DNA of 40,814 nt from Patescibacteria group bacterium UBA6130 (lineage in GTDB: Bacteria; Patescibacteriota; Microgenomatia; UBA12405; UBA6130). The stretch lies in the NCBI GenBank assembly GCA_002428285.1, contig DIVO01000012.1:10609-51422 (forward strand), in the 5' to 3' direction. The translations under genes were made by a program, and so were the position numbers. The notes below the pieces were generated by a model. It was given only the letters and a program-made list of their open reading frames with translations. It did not search any database and had not been told where the DNA came from. How positions within the stretch are numbered: the stretch's first letter is position 1; every line of letters begins with the position of its first letter. Below, piece after piece: positions 19,565 through 27,580 of the stretch.

Positions 19565-19573
19565 TGGTATAAT
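19565..19573 (+). promoter_or_regulatory. Extended -10 promoter (TGgTATAAT) upstream of tRNA-Glu
   Basis: TGGTATAAT at 19565-19573, 18 nt before the mature tRNA 5' end. Confidence 0.5.
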
Positions 19574-19591
19574 ACATTGTTGAAAATTAAT

Positions 19592-19663
19592 GGCCCCATC
19601 GTCTAGCGGTTAGGACGGCGGATTCTCATTCCGTCAACCGGGGTTCGATTCCCCGTGGGGTCA
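19592..19663 (+). tRNA. tRNA-Glu (anticodon CUC); CCA not encoded
   Basis: Hand-folded cloverleaf. Acceptor GGCCCCA/TGGGGTC, D arm GTCT-AGCGGTTA-GGAC, anticodon arm GCGGA-TTCTCAT-TCCGT, 4-nt variable loop, T arm CGGGG-TTCGATT-CCCCG, discriminator A. The sequence after it is CACATG. Confidence 0.85.
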
Positions 19664-19694
19664 CACATGGGGAATGTTCGTCAAAATGGGTCTC

Positions 19695-19743
19695 GCGACG
19701 CCGCGCGAGTGCGGCCGCGCGAAGCGTCGCAAACGGCTTTTTT
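19695..19743 (+). terminator. GC-rich hairpin plus T-run downstream of tRNA-Glu
   Basis: GCGACGC-CGCGCG (19695-19707) pairs with CGCGCG-aa-GCGTCGC (19716-19730). This is followed by AAACGGCTTTTTT. The GC richness is striking against the AT-rich background. Confidence 0.5.
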
Positions 19744-19940
19744 AAATCGTCCTTCAAAAAAAATGAAAACGCAAAAATTTTTAATGTGCTTTTGTCCTAT
19801 AACATGGGACAATTATTGTTTTAATTCTAAGTTAACTATACTTACTTTTCACATTTTTAACAACTAGGAGTTATGTTAGTTTTTCCCGAAAAATATTCAT
19901 AACTACCACATATTGTACATAGATAAATGCTCTCATGTTT

Positions 19941-19949
19941 TGTTATAAT
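19941..19949 (+). promoter_or_regulatory. Extended -10 promoter (TGtTATAAT) upstream of the 20010-22904 operon
   Basis: TGTTATAAT at 19941-19949, about 60 nt before the ATG at 20010. Confidence 0.4.
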
Positions 19950-20009
19950 TTCAACACTTATAGAAATTAACTAAAATTATAGTTAAAGTATTATTTTATT
20001 TTTAAATAT

Positions 20010-21122
20010 ATGGAAATAAGAGGAAGCGAATCAGATATTACAGTTTGGAACCCAAAACCATTCCCCATAGGAAATACTTTTTGGTTACCAAATAAAAATA
20101 ATAAAAAGACAACCATAAATTATGAAAAGAAAATCTCGGTTAAAGTTCCCTTAAGACTTAGCCCGATTATGTTGGATTTGACTCGTTTCGTACCTACAGG
20201 AATCAATGTACGAGAATATGGAGCAGGAGAGGTATCGATTGCTGTTAATTCTTATTTAAGTGTAATTTTAAGTTTAAACAAAAATAATGATTCTAAAATC
20301 AACGGAACAGATAAAGAGTCAGTCGTTCGTCATGCAATTGAGTTGTATAAAAAAGCCATTGGTGAAGATTTTGGGGTAGATATTAAGGTGGAGGTTGATA
20401 ATAATCTTTCTCATGTTGGATTAGGGACTACCCCTGCCCATATAAGCGCAATTATATTAGGAATTAATTCTTTATGTGATAACTATTTTGACAACAGAGA
20501 GCTATCTAGATTAATTACATTAAATTACGGTGAAGAGTTTTCGGGGGATAAAAACATGTTAGTTCCAGGAATCTCAACAGGAGGAGCATTTTGGAGTTGT
20601 ATTTTTGGAGGGATAAATGTAACTAGCGGAGATTTTTCAAATGTCTTTTCTTCAAAACTTAATACCGACCTTGATCTGATAGTTAGTATCCCAATTACAA
20701 AAGAAAAACAATGGGCTGAAAAAGGTTTTGAGATACCAATAATGGATTTGGTAAGAAAATATGACCGTTTTGATGCCGGAAAAATATGCCATTGGGTATT
20801 GATGAGGCTTATGCCAGCAATATTGGACAATGATGTAAAGAAAATTGGAGAAGTATTTTGGGATGTTACGCTGAACACATCTAAAGCTATTCCTCCGATT
20901 ATAAAACATGGAGTGTTTAGCACTTTTGATTTATTAGCAGAACTTTATGTTAATAATGTTGAGGGTGCATTTTTGTCATCGGCTGGCCCACTAATTGGGT
21001 GTTTTAGCATGGAAAATGGCAAAACAAAATTAATTGAAAGTTTATTTGATAAATATTCAATTCCATATAAAATAATGAAGATTGATAATAAAGGCATAGA
21101 AATTAATAAAATCAGTGATTAA
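20010..21122 (+). CDS. GHMP-kinase-superfamily protein, beta-ribofuranosylaminobenzene-5'-phosphate (beta-RFAP) synthase-like
   Basis: 370 aa. The GHMP phosphate-binding-type motif is in the variant form SHVGLGTTPAHISAIILG, which I associate with the HxGLGSGTQ form of beta-RFAP synthases. The N-terminal strand ISVKVPLRLSPIMLDL resembles their RLHxGxxDL start. Family placement is from memory, not from a search. Confidence 0.5.
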   Translation: MEIRGSESDITVWNPKPFPIGNTFWLPNKNNKKTTINYEKKISVKVPLRLSPIMLDLTRFVPTGINVREYGAGEVSIAVNSYLSVILSLNKNNDSKINGTDKESVVRHAIELYKKAIGEDFGVDIKVEVDNNLSHVGLGTTPAHISAIILGINSLCDNYFDNRELSRLITLNYGEEFSGDKNMLVPGISTGGAFWSCIFGGINVTSGDFSNVFSSKLNTDLDLIVSIPITKEKQWAEKGFEIPIMDLVRKYDRFDAGKICHWVLMRLMPAILDNDVKKIGEVFWDVTLNTSKAIPPIIKHGVFSTFDLLAELYVNNVEGAFLSSAGPLIGCFSMENGKTKLIESLFDKYSIPYKIMKIDNKGIEINKISD

Positions 21123-21675
21123 AGGAATTGTAGCTATTAGTGGCCAATCAGGCTCTGGAAAATCATTGTTATCTTCTTTTTTTACTGAAAATAAAAAATA
21201 TAAAGTAGTTAGTGTCTCTAAAACAATGACAGAAATATTTGAAAAAATGATACCAAATTTTTATCAAATTAGTGAAGAACAACGACAAAATAAAATTCTT
21301 AATTTAATAAAAATAGACCCAGATATAGCTTCGAAAACAATTTTTAATAAAATTAAAGATTTCCCAAATGATATAGTAGTGGTACTTGATGGAGTCAGGA
21401 GTGAAAAGGACTACGCCACATTATTGGGGCAGACAAAAATAATTAGAATTTTTATGTATTCAGATTTTGTAACTAGGGCTGAAAGAGTGAAAAATAGAGA
21501 TGGAAAAGAAGTTGGTGATTTGATTTTAAGAGACTCTTTAGATAACGAGATTGGACTACAAGAAATCTTTAGAAAGGCAAATTATGTTGTCTATAACTAT
21601 CATAAAATTGAAATTAAGGAAGTTAAAAAACAAATTAATCAAATATTAATAAAAGAAGATATTTTCTTATTGTAA
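21115..21675 (+). CDS. Small P-loop nucleoside/nucleotide-kinase-like protein (adenylate / dephospho-CoA kinase superfamily, archaeal UPF0200-like)
   Basis: 186 aa with a GTG start overlapping the upstream stop by 8 nt. Walker A is ISGQSGSGKS. It also has VVVLDGVRSEKDYATL and a lid-like RAERVKNRDGKE. Confidence 0.55.
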   Translation: MIKGIVAISGQSGSGKSLLSSFFTENKKYKVVSVSKTMTEIFEKMIPNFYQISEEQRQNKILNLIKIDPDIASKTIFNKIKDFPNDIVVVLDGVRSEKDYATLLGQTKIIRIFMYSDFVTRAERVKNRDGKEVGDLILRDSLDNEIGLQEIFRKANYVVYNYHKIEIKEVKKQINQILIKEDIFLL

Positions 21676-21680
21676 ATAAT

Positions 21681-22904
21681 ATGCATAATGTTAATTTTTT
21701 AAATAACTTTTATATTTTAAAAGATAATTTTTCCTTATTAAATTGGGATAGTTTAATCGGATTACCTGTAAATAATAGTAAAACAATCGATACTGAAACA
21801 ATATATCTTGACAACAAAAAACATAGTTTAGGTTTTGACAAAATACTATATTGTTGGAAAAATATCGATACCCTTGTTGATACCTACGAATTGAATGAAA
21901 TTAATTGTGGAGACGGCATAAATAAAGTTTTGATCAAAGACAAACTTTCAAACATATTGAAACTAACAAGTAATTTTACTGTCGACAACCAACCATTGGA
22001 AAAACTATGTCAGACAAAATCATCGAAATATTATATTGAAAATAAGAATAATAAAATCTTAGAGATTGAAAATATCTATGAAACAAGTTATTACAATGAG
22101 TTAGATATAAAAGCATTAGATTTATCAAAATACTTGTTGGTAAAAATTCAAATTAACAACTCCAAATTAGGCGATAAAATAAGAAATATTTTAATTGATG
22201 CCGGTGCTATCTTTATACCTCCTCTTTTTTATGTTTTTAGTAATGAATTAATGGCTCTATTAGGTAAACAAAGTGGACAAAAACCATATTTAGAATACAA
22301 AGACCTTGAAATTGAGGCTAAACTTAATTCAACATCTAGTAACGCATTTGGTTTAATCTATGACTTTATAAACAATAATGGATTGGTTGGTTTTGAAATA
22401 GAAAAGGGGTTTCCACATTTTTTATCAAGAGGATTGAGAGTTTGTTATCTAAAAAATAACAAGGGATTATTTAATAAAATAGTATTTTATGGTTTTAAGG
22501 AACCAGCAATTGTTAAAAAAGCGTCAATGGAACTGGTGAAAGACAACAAAGGATTAAATTGTATTTTATCAAGAGAGGAAATTAAAGAGGAAGACAAAGT
22601 AACCGAAGAAGATATATTAAAAACTGCTGGAAGTGAGGCAATTTGGCTGGATAAAAGAAAAATGGTTTTTTGGATAGAAAATAAAATAACAGGAAGGGTT
22701 TACCATGTGGCAAATGATAAGTGTATTAGTAATAAAACAAATGATCTGTCGCAAGTTGAAATTGAATATGCTGGAACTGTTAAGAAGAATTCACCCAACA
22801 AACAGGCAATAATAGATGATATTACTAAAATTACGAGCACATTACTTAATAAATTTGATTTTTTGACACCAACAGTTGTTCGAAAAGAAGAATGGTTTGT
22901 TTAG
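21681..22904 (+). CDS. Two-domain protein: uncharacterised N-terminal half plus C-terminal CYTH (triphosphate tunnel metalloenzyme) domain
   Basis: 407 aa. The ExExK signature is LEIEAKL near residue 209. A C-terminal acidic strand QVEIEYAG lies near residue 357. The basic residues between them (RGLRVCYLK, KRKMVFW) fit a tunnel fold. Confidence 0.55.
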   Translation: MHNVNFLNNFYILKDNFSLLNWDSLIGLPVNNSKTIDTETIYLDNKKHSLGFDKILYCWKNIDTLVDTYELNEINCGDGINKVLIKDKLSNILKLTSNFTVDNQPLEKLCQTKSSKYYIENKNNKILEIENIYETSYYNELDIKALDLSKYLLVKIQINNSKLGDKIRNILIDAGAIFIPPLFYVFSNELMALLGKQSGQKPYLEYKDLEIEAKLNSTSSNAFGLIYDFINNNGLVGFEIEKGFPHFLSRGLRVCYLKNNKGLFNKIVFYGFKEPAIVKKASMELVKDNKGLNCILSREEIKEEDKVTEEDILKTAGSEAIWLDKRKMVFWIENKITGRVYHVANDKCISNKTNDLSQVEIEYAGTVKKNSPNKQAIIDDITKITSTLLNKFDFLTPTVVRKEEWFV

Positions 22905-23701
22905 TTATTAATTTTGTCAAATTTAATAATGTCACCGATATTTATATCTAATTCTTTTGAAGTGTCCAAACACCTAACTTTACCTAACTCAGTGTAATTA
23001 TTAATTGAACTACCATAATAAATTGCTATTGTGTTGTCAGGTAACGCCTTCATGGAAAAGGTAAATATTGCCTCACATCTTTTTGTGTTATTTACAAATA
23101 TTTCATATTTATCACCATCAGAAGGATTATCTAGTTTCGTATATATTTTTGGAACACCAAAATTATCTATATGCAAAACTACACCATCTTCTAGCGTGGG
23201 ATAACTTAATCGTTGACTATCAAAAGGTACCCCAAGTTCTGACAATGGTATTCCAGATGCAATTTTAGCAGCTATCGGAGCATGAATATACTTGCCACCG
23301 AATGAAATAAAATTTTGACCCTTGAGACCTTCTTGACTAGATTCGAATATTTGTTTTACTCCAAAATCTTTAATTAACCACCCTAGCGTTCCAGTATTTT
23401 CACCAACAAATTTAAACCCATTATTAGTTTCACCAATAATTCGAGCCCTATCTTTTCTTTCTGTTGTTAGGGGGTTTAGTATGACCAGAAAAATTGTATT
23501 ATTTGGTTGATAGTTATCTGCCATCAATCTTGTTAAAAAAGCACCGTTTATCAAGGAAAACTCTTTGGCGTTAACAATTGGTTCAACTTCAACTTTATCT
23601 TCTGCACCAATTTTTTCTAATTCTGACACTAATACAGCTCTAATTTCGTTTGCGGCGACATCGATACAATCTGTAATAACGACTAATCTAATTTTACTCA
23701 T
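22901..23701 (-). CDS. DUF62-family SAM hydroxide adenosyltransferase / chlorinase-fluorinase-like protein
   Basis: 266 aa. FGGKYIHAPIAAKIASG resembles the family FHGRDxFAPxAA motif, and VLHIDNFGVPKI resembles the family DxFGN motif. The N-terminal VVITDCID is a divergent form of the usual TDFG. Its stop overlaps the convergent CYTH gene stop by 4 nt. Confidence 0.6.
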   Translation of the reverse strand: MSKIRLVVITDCIDVAANEIRAVLVSELEKIGAEDKVEVEPIVNAKEFSLINGAFLTRLMADNYQPNNTIFLVILNPLTTERKDRARIIGETNNGFKFVGENTGTLGWLIKDFGVKQIFESSQEGLKGQNFISFGGKYIHAPIAAKIASGIPLSELGVPFDSQRLSYPTLEDGVVLHIDNFGVPKIYTKLDNPSDGDKYEIFVNNTKRCEAIFTFSMKALPDNTIAIYYGSSINNYTELGKVRCLDTSKELDINIGDIIKFDKINN

Positions 23702-23763
23702 AGTTTAAAAGTAATAACAATTAATGAATTATACTATAGTTTTAGCCTATATTTAGATATTAA

Positions 23764-24849
23764 TTACCTTGTTACCTCAAAAGATTCAACTTCATCCTTT
23801 AGTTTCTTGGCTTCCTTATTTTCTTCAAAGTATATTCTGATTGGTTCAATAATCATATCTAAATATCGTGAAAGATTATCTTTTAAATCTAGGGGGTATA
23901 TTTTCCCATCTTGATAATCATTCTGTAATTTAAGATACGAATCAAAATCTACATTTCCACCGTATTCATTTTTCCTTTCTATAGTTATTTTTTCAAATTT
24001 TGGAAAAATAATGTACCTAAAATATTCAAGCACTGGATTGTTTTCGACCTCATTGGGAGGGCAGTATGCTTTTTTAATTTTTTCATAAATTTCTTCTTTT
24101 TTGTCTGTCATAAAAATTGCTGAATCTGGCTTAGATTTAGACATTTTTAAAGCTATTGTTCGTTCAAGTTTATCCTCTACATTTTGAATTAAATCTGTTG
24201 GAGGTTTTAAACTAATCAACATGTGATGATGGACAGCCGCAGGCTTTTCATATCCTAACTCATCTGCAATTTGTCGAGCTAACATATTAACTTTTCTCTG
24301 ATCCATCCCAAGTTGAGCTATATCTGCTTTAAGATAAAATATATCAGTAGCTTGCATAGCGGGGTACATTATCTGAGCTGCTGTAAGATTGTCAGATTCG
24401 TTTCTTCCCATAATCTGAGAACAACGAATTATTCTTTTTAATGTTGTAGCTCGACCAATTTTTAATACTGTCAGCCAATAGTCAGATTCTTTAACCAAAT
24501 CAGAAGCCCAAATAAATTCAACATCATTTGTATCTAATCCACAGGCTTTCCAAACTTCAATAAAATATTGACCAACTTTTTTAATTTTGTCTAAGTCTCC
24601 ACCCATTTTGTTGTTTGCAAAGGCATGCCAGTCGGCAACAAGTACCTTAAAATGTATACCCGCTTTCAACATCTTTTGAATATTCATTGCTCTAACAAAT
24701 CCTTGAGCAATATGAATTCGTCCAGATGGTTCAAATCCGTCATAAGCAATTAGTTTTTTTCCTTTTTCAATTTTAGCTTTAATTTCTTCTGCACCAATAA
24801 CTTCCTCTCCTACTTCATATATAAGTTTCATTTTTTCTTCTGTTGTCAT
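23764..24849 (-). CDS. tyrS: Tyrosyl-tRNA synthetase, archaeal/eukaryal type
   Basis: Track ORF starts at TTG 24903. I prefer the ATG at 24849 (MTTEEKMKLIYE), which has TATAAT 6 nt upstream. Motifs: FEPSGRIHIAQG (HIGH region), MYPAMQATD, KMSKSKP, KKAYCPP. There is no bacterial KFGKT loop and no S4-like C-terminal domain. Confidence 0.85.
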   Translation of the reverse strand: MTTEEKMKLIYEVGEEVIGAEEIKAKIEKGKKLIAYDGFEPSGRIHIAQGFVRAMNIQKMLKAGIHFKVLVADWHAFANNKMGGDLDKIKKVGQYFIEVWKACGLDTNDVEFIWASDLVKESDYWLTVLKIGRATTLKRIIRCSQIMGRNESDNLTAAQIMYPAMQATDIFYLKADIAQLGMDQRKVNMLARQIADELGYEKPAAVHHHMLISLKPPTDLIQNVEDKLERTIALKMSKSKPDSAIFMTDKKEEIYEKIKKAYCPPNEVENNPVLEYFRYIIFPKFEKITIERKNEYGGNVDFDSYLKLQNDYQDGKIYPLDLKDNLSRYLDMIIEPIRIYFEENKEAKKLKDEVESFEVTR

Positions 24850-24855
24850 AGTTGT

Positions 24856-24861
24856 ATTATA
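24856..24861 (-). promoter_or_regulatory. -10 box TATAAT 6 nt upstream of the tyrS ATG (candidate leaderless transcript)
   Basis: The minus strand reads cgaTATAATacaactATG. Confidence 0.45.
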
Positions 24862-24960
24862 TCGATTTTTTGTTTCCTGTGTGTAATGTTTGTTTGAATC
24901 CAAATATGTTTAAACATCCCGACGGTAGTCGGGATACAATGGAGTGTTCCCCGCGCGCGC

Positions 24961-24988
24961 AAAAAAGAAAATTCCGCAAAGCGGAATT
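24961..24988 (-). terminator. Intrinsic terminator on the minus strand inside the tyrS / 25185 divergent intergenic region
   Basis: The minus strand reads AATTCCGCTTTGCGGAATTTTCTTTTTT (8-bp stem, 3-nt loop, T-rich tail). No annotated minus-strand gene lies upstream of it. Confidence 0.55.
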
Positions 24989-25173
24989 ATAAATAACGCG
25001 AACAGCTTGGCCCATCGGTGCGGGCGGTGGGCCGACGCTGTGAGCTCAATATTAATAATTATTTTTAAAAAACGTTCGAATTTCGTCATAACAGCTCACA
25101 TATATATTAAATTTATAGACCTTTTCAACAATACAACTCTTGACAAAACCAATCAGTTTTTCTAATTTTAAAG

Positions 25174-25179
25174 TATAAT
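25174..25179 (+). promoter_or_regulatory. -10 box TATAAT 5 nt upstream of the ATG at 25185 (candidate leaderless transcript)
   Basis: The sequence is aagTATAATttcacATG. Confidence 0.45.
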
Positions 25180-25184
25180 TTCAC

Positions 25185-27362
25185 ATGATTAGCAAATCTA
25201 AGCATTTTTTTGAAAATATCAAAGCTAATAGATATGTAAAAATAACAATTTTATCTTCCTCTTCATTAATTTTACTATTCGGCTTGATCGCAGGTCTTTA
25301 TCTACTAAACCAAGAACAAGATGTTAGGAAAAAAGCTGCAACCACTATCGAAGCTAATTATTATGTTTCTCCTGATGGAAATGATGCAAATCCAGGAACT
25401 AAAAGTTTACCCTGGAGGACAATTCAAAAAGCAGCTAATACTCTCGTTGCTGGTGAAACTGTTAGTGTTTTAGCTGGAAATTATGGTGAAAGTGTACGCA
25501 TGACAAGATCGGGTGTTGGTGAAAACGCCAGAATTCGTTTTGTTGCCGATGGACTTGTTACCTTAAACAACTTCTCTATAGAAGCAAATTATGTTGAATT
25601 AAACGGATTCACACTCTCATCAACTTACTGTGATTGGAATAGTACAATTTCAATTAAGGGTAGTTATAATCTTATTCAGAACAATACAGTTAAAGATTCA
25701 ACAAGACAAGGAATTGGAGTTTTGCATCCCTCAAACGGGGTTATCCTCAGAAAAAATACCGTTATTAGGGCTAATGTTAATGGCTTTATTATCACAGGAA
25801 CAAATCATATTATAGAAGATAACGATATAGCCGATATTAGGGATCATATTGGAACATGCTCTTTCCATATGGAAGCAAATGCCATTGATTTTCATGGTTC
25901 AGGGCATATTATTCGAAGGAACTACATACATGATTTTTTAATAGCTAATCAAAATGGATCTCCTCATATAGATGCATTCCAAACTTACTCAGATTTGGGT
26001 AATAACAAGCCCGCTGCTAAAGATGTACTTATCGAGGGAAATAAAGTTTTTATGGGTGATTCCAGTAAACAATTGTTAGAAGAAGGAATTAGCGGAACTC
26101 AGGGAATTCACGCATTTATGATTGAAGGCACTACCTCAGATATTTGCAGTAACCTAACAATTAAGGATAATATTATTGAATCTTGGGGAGGGATCAATGG
26201 AAATCCTGTAAAAACAAATATTAGAATATACAATAATATTTGGCGAAGCAGTTTAAATATTCCAAGTTCTTATTGGCCTAGCGCAATTAACTTGTCAGGA
26301 GTAACTGGATATGAAATTTATAATAATATTTTTGTTGATTACTCCTATTCACACATTATTATTCAAAACGGTACAACCGGAGGATCCTACGATCATAACA
26401 TCTTTTGGAATTCAGATGGAAGCACTCCTCGCTTAGATGGATATACTGTGGCAATTCATGATAAGCGCGGCATTGATCCAAAGTTTGTTGTCAATTTTTC
26501 CGATCTTCATCCACAATCCACATCCCCTTCCATTGATACCGGATACAATTTGTCTACTAAACTCAAAAGTCTTTTTGGTAACGAATATATAGACTATGAC
26601 ATCGAAGGTAATACGCGTTCACAAGAAGATCTATATGACATAGGCGCATATAAGTTTAGCACTAATTCAATAACTCCCGAACCAATTATTACAGCTACTC
26701 CTTCGCCAACACCAACACCCACATTAAAACCGACTGCGACACCTACTCTAAAACTGACAGCAACACCCATACCAACAGCCATAGTAACTCCAACACCTAA
26801 TATTAATGAGCTGATTGTAGATAATAAAAGTGCCGACTTTACAACAATATCTAATCAAGATGCCTGGATTGAATATATCAATAATGATATACGAAATTTT
26901 AATGGCTCACATCATTTTAATTCTAGCGCCGGTACTGGCAGTGATAGAGCCACTTGGTCATTTATAGTTCCTAAACCAGGTCGTTACCAAATTTATGCAT
27001 GGTGGTGGGATGGGTTGTATCGTCCAACTGATGTTCCATATACCATCAACCATCTCTATGGTTCAACTACAGTAGAAAAGGATCAAACAATAAATGGTGG
27101 ACGTTGGAATATTTTGGGTACCTATGATTTTTCAGATCATGGTTCTGTATTTGTTACAGATGAAGTGACAAATGGAAAAGATATTGTTGCTGACGCTATA
27201 AGATTAGTTTATATTGGCGCATTACCCACACTTACACCAACTCCGATACCTCCAACTCCCACAACTGTTGCAGATCCAATAAAAACAACAGGCGGATGTG
27301 GTAATGGTAAATGTTCCTTCTGGGAACGTGTTTTCGGATACTGTCCGATAGATTGTAAATAA
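25185..27362 (+). CDS. Secreted or anchored right-handed parallel beta-helix protein with Pro/Thr linkers, a golvesin/CBM-like C-terminal domain and a Cys-rich tail
   Basis: 725 aa. Signal anchor ILSSSSLILLFGLIAGLYLL. DUF1565/pectate-lyase-type start YYVSPDGNDANPGTKSLPWRTIQKAAN with repeated N-rich beta-helix turns. PT linker TPSPTPTPTLKPTATPTLKLTATP. A domain with RATWSFIVPKPGRYQIYAWW...ADAIRLV. The tail is GGCGNGKCSFWERVFGYCPIDCK. Confidence 0.75.
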   Translation: MISKSKHFFENIKANRYVKITILSSSSLILLFGLIAGLYLLNQEQDVRKKAATTIEANYYVSPDGNDANPGTKSLPWRTIQKAANTLVAGETVSVLAGNYGESVRMTRSGVGENARIRFVADGLVTLNNFSIEANYVELNGFTLSSTYCDWNSTISIKGSYNLIQNNTVKDSTRQGIGVLHPSNGVILRKNTVIRANVNGFIITGTNHIIEDNDIADIRDHIGTCSFHMEANAIDFHGSGHIIRRNYIHDFLIANQNGSPHIDAFQTYSDLGNNKPAAKDVLIEGNKVFMGDSSKQLLEEGISGTQGIHAFMIEGTTSDICSNLTIKDNIIESWGGINGNPVKTNIRIYNNIWRSSLNIPSSYWPSAINLSGVTGYEIYNNIFVDYSYSHIIIQNGTTGGSYDHNIFWNSDGSTPRLDGYTVAIHDKRGIDPKFVVNFSDLHPQSTSPSIDTGYNLSTKLKSLFGNEYIDYDIEGNTRSQEDLYDIGAYKFSTNSITPEPIITATPSPTPTPTLKPTATPTLKLTATPIPTAIVTPTPNINELIVDNKSADFTTISNQDAWIEYINNDIRNFNGSHHFNSSAGTGSDRATWSFIVPKPGRYQIYAWWWDGLYRPTDVPYTINHLYGSTTVEKDQTINGGRWNILGTYDFSDHGSVFVTDEVTNGKDIVADAIRLVYIGALPTLTPTPIPPTPTTVADPIKTTGGCGNGKCSFWERVFGYCPIDCK
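26715..26768 (+). repeat. Imperfect 24-nt tandem repeat encoding the Pro/Thr linker
   Basis: The units are acacccacattaaaaccgactgcg and acacctactctaaaactgacagca, followed by acaccc. Confidence 0.6.
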
Positions 27363-27458
27363 ATTCTGCTTATAAATTAGAAATATTTAAGTTCTGTTTC
27401 TGGCATCTTGGCGGAGAAGACCCATTGATTTGGGATATTGAAAAAACTAAAAAGATAC

Positions 27459-27580
27459 TTAAACTAGCTTCTTCTCTGAAAAACGACCATAAGTTTCTCT
27501 GATTGCCATTAAAAGTGAGCCTAAGCCGAAAGATAAGGCGATCATTTGAACAAAACCTCCAATGAAAGGCAAAACAATGG
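27459..27580. repeat. Direct repeat copy A (122 bp), left boundary of the cargo block
   Basis: Hand alignment to 34933-35054 gives 114/122 identical positions with no gaps. Both copies start exactly at the stop codon TTA (plus strand). Confidence 0.85.

Noticed and set aside
19655-19867. 70-aa ORF beginning inside tRNA-Glu
   Set aside because: It overlaps the tRNA 3' end and the GC-rich hairpin. The Arg-rich translation comes from the GC hairpin. There is no start signal.
24944-25165. 73-aa ORF in the tyrS / beta-helix intergenic region
   Set aside because: It has a non-ATG start, spans hairpins and a terminator, and changes from a GC-rich Arg/Ala translation to an AT-rich Ile/Asn one. It is more likely non-coding structured DNA or RNA.
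24850-25184. Possible T-box riboswitch upstream of tyrS; also considered for the lysS/serS operon leader at 5363-5568
   Set aside because: I could not find the conserved T-box sequence (AGGGTGGTACCGCG-like) or a specifier-loop architecture on the relevant strand. A TATAAT 6 nt from the tyrS ATG leaves no room for a leader.
19592-25184. tRNA-Glu 3'-end duplication as attL/attR for the 20-25 kb block
   Set aside because: I found no second copy of the tRNA 3' segment (GGTTCGATTCCCCGTGGGGTCA) by eye anywhere in the window. No integrase is present. An island status for this block therefore remains only contextual.
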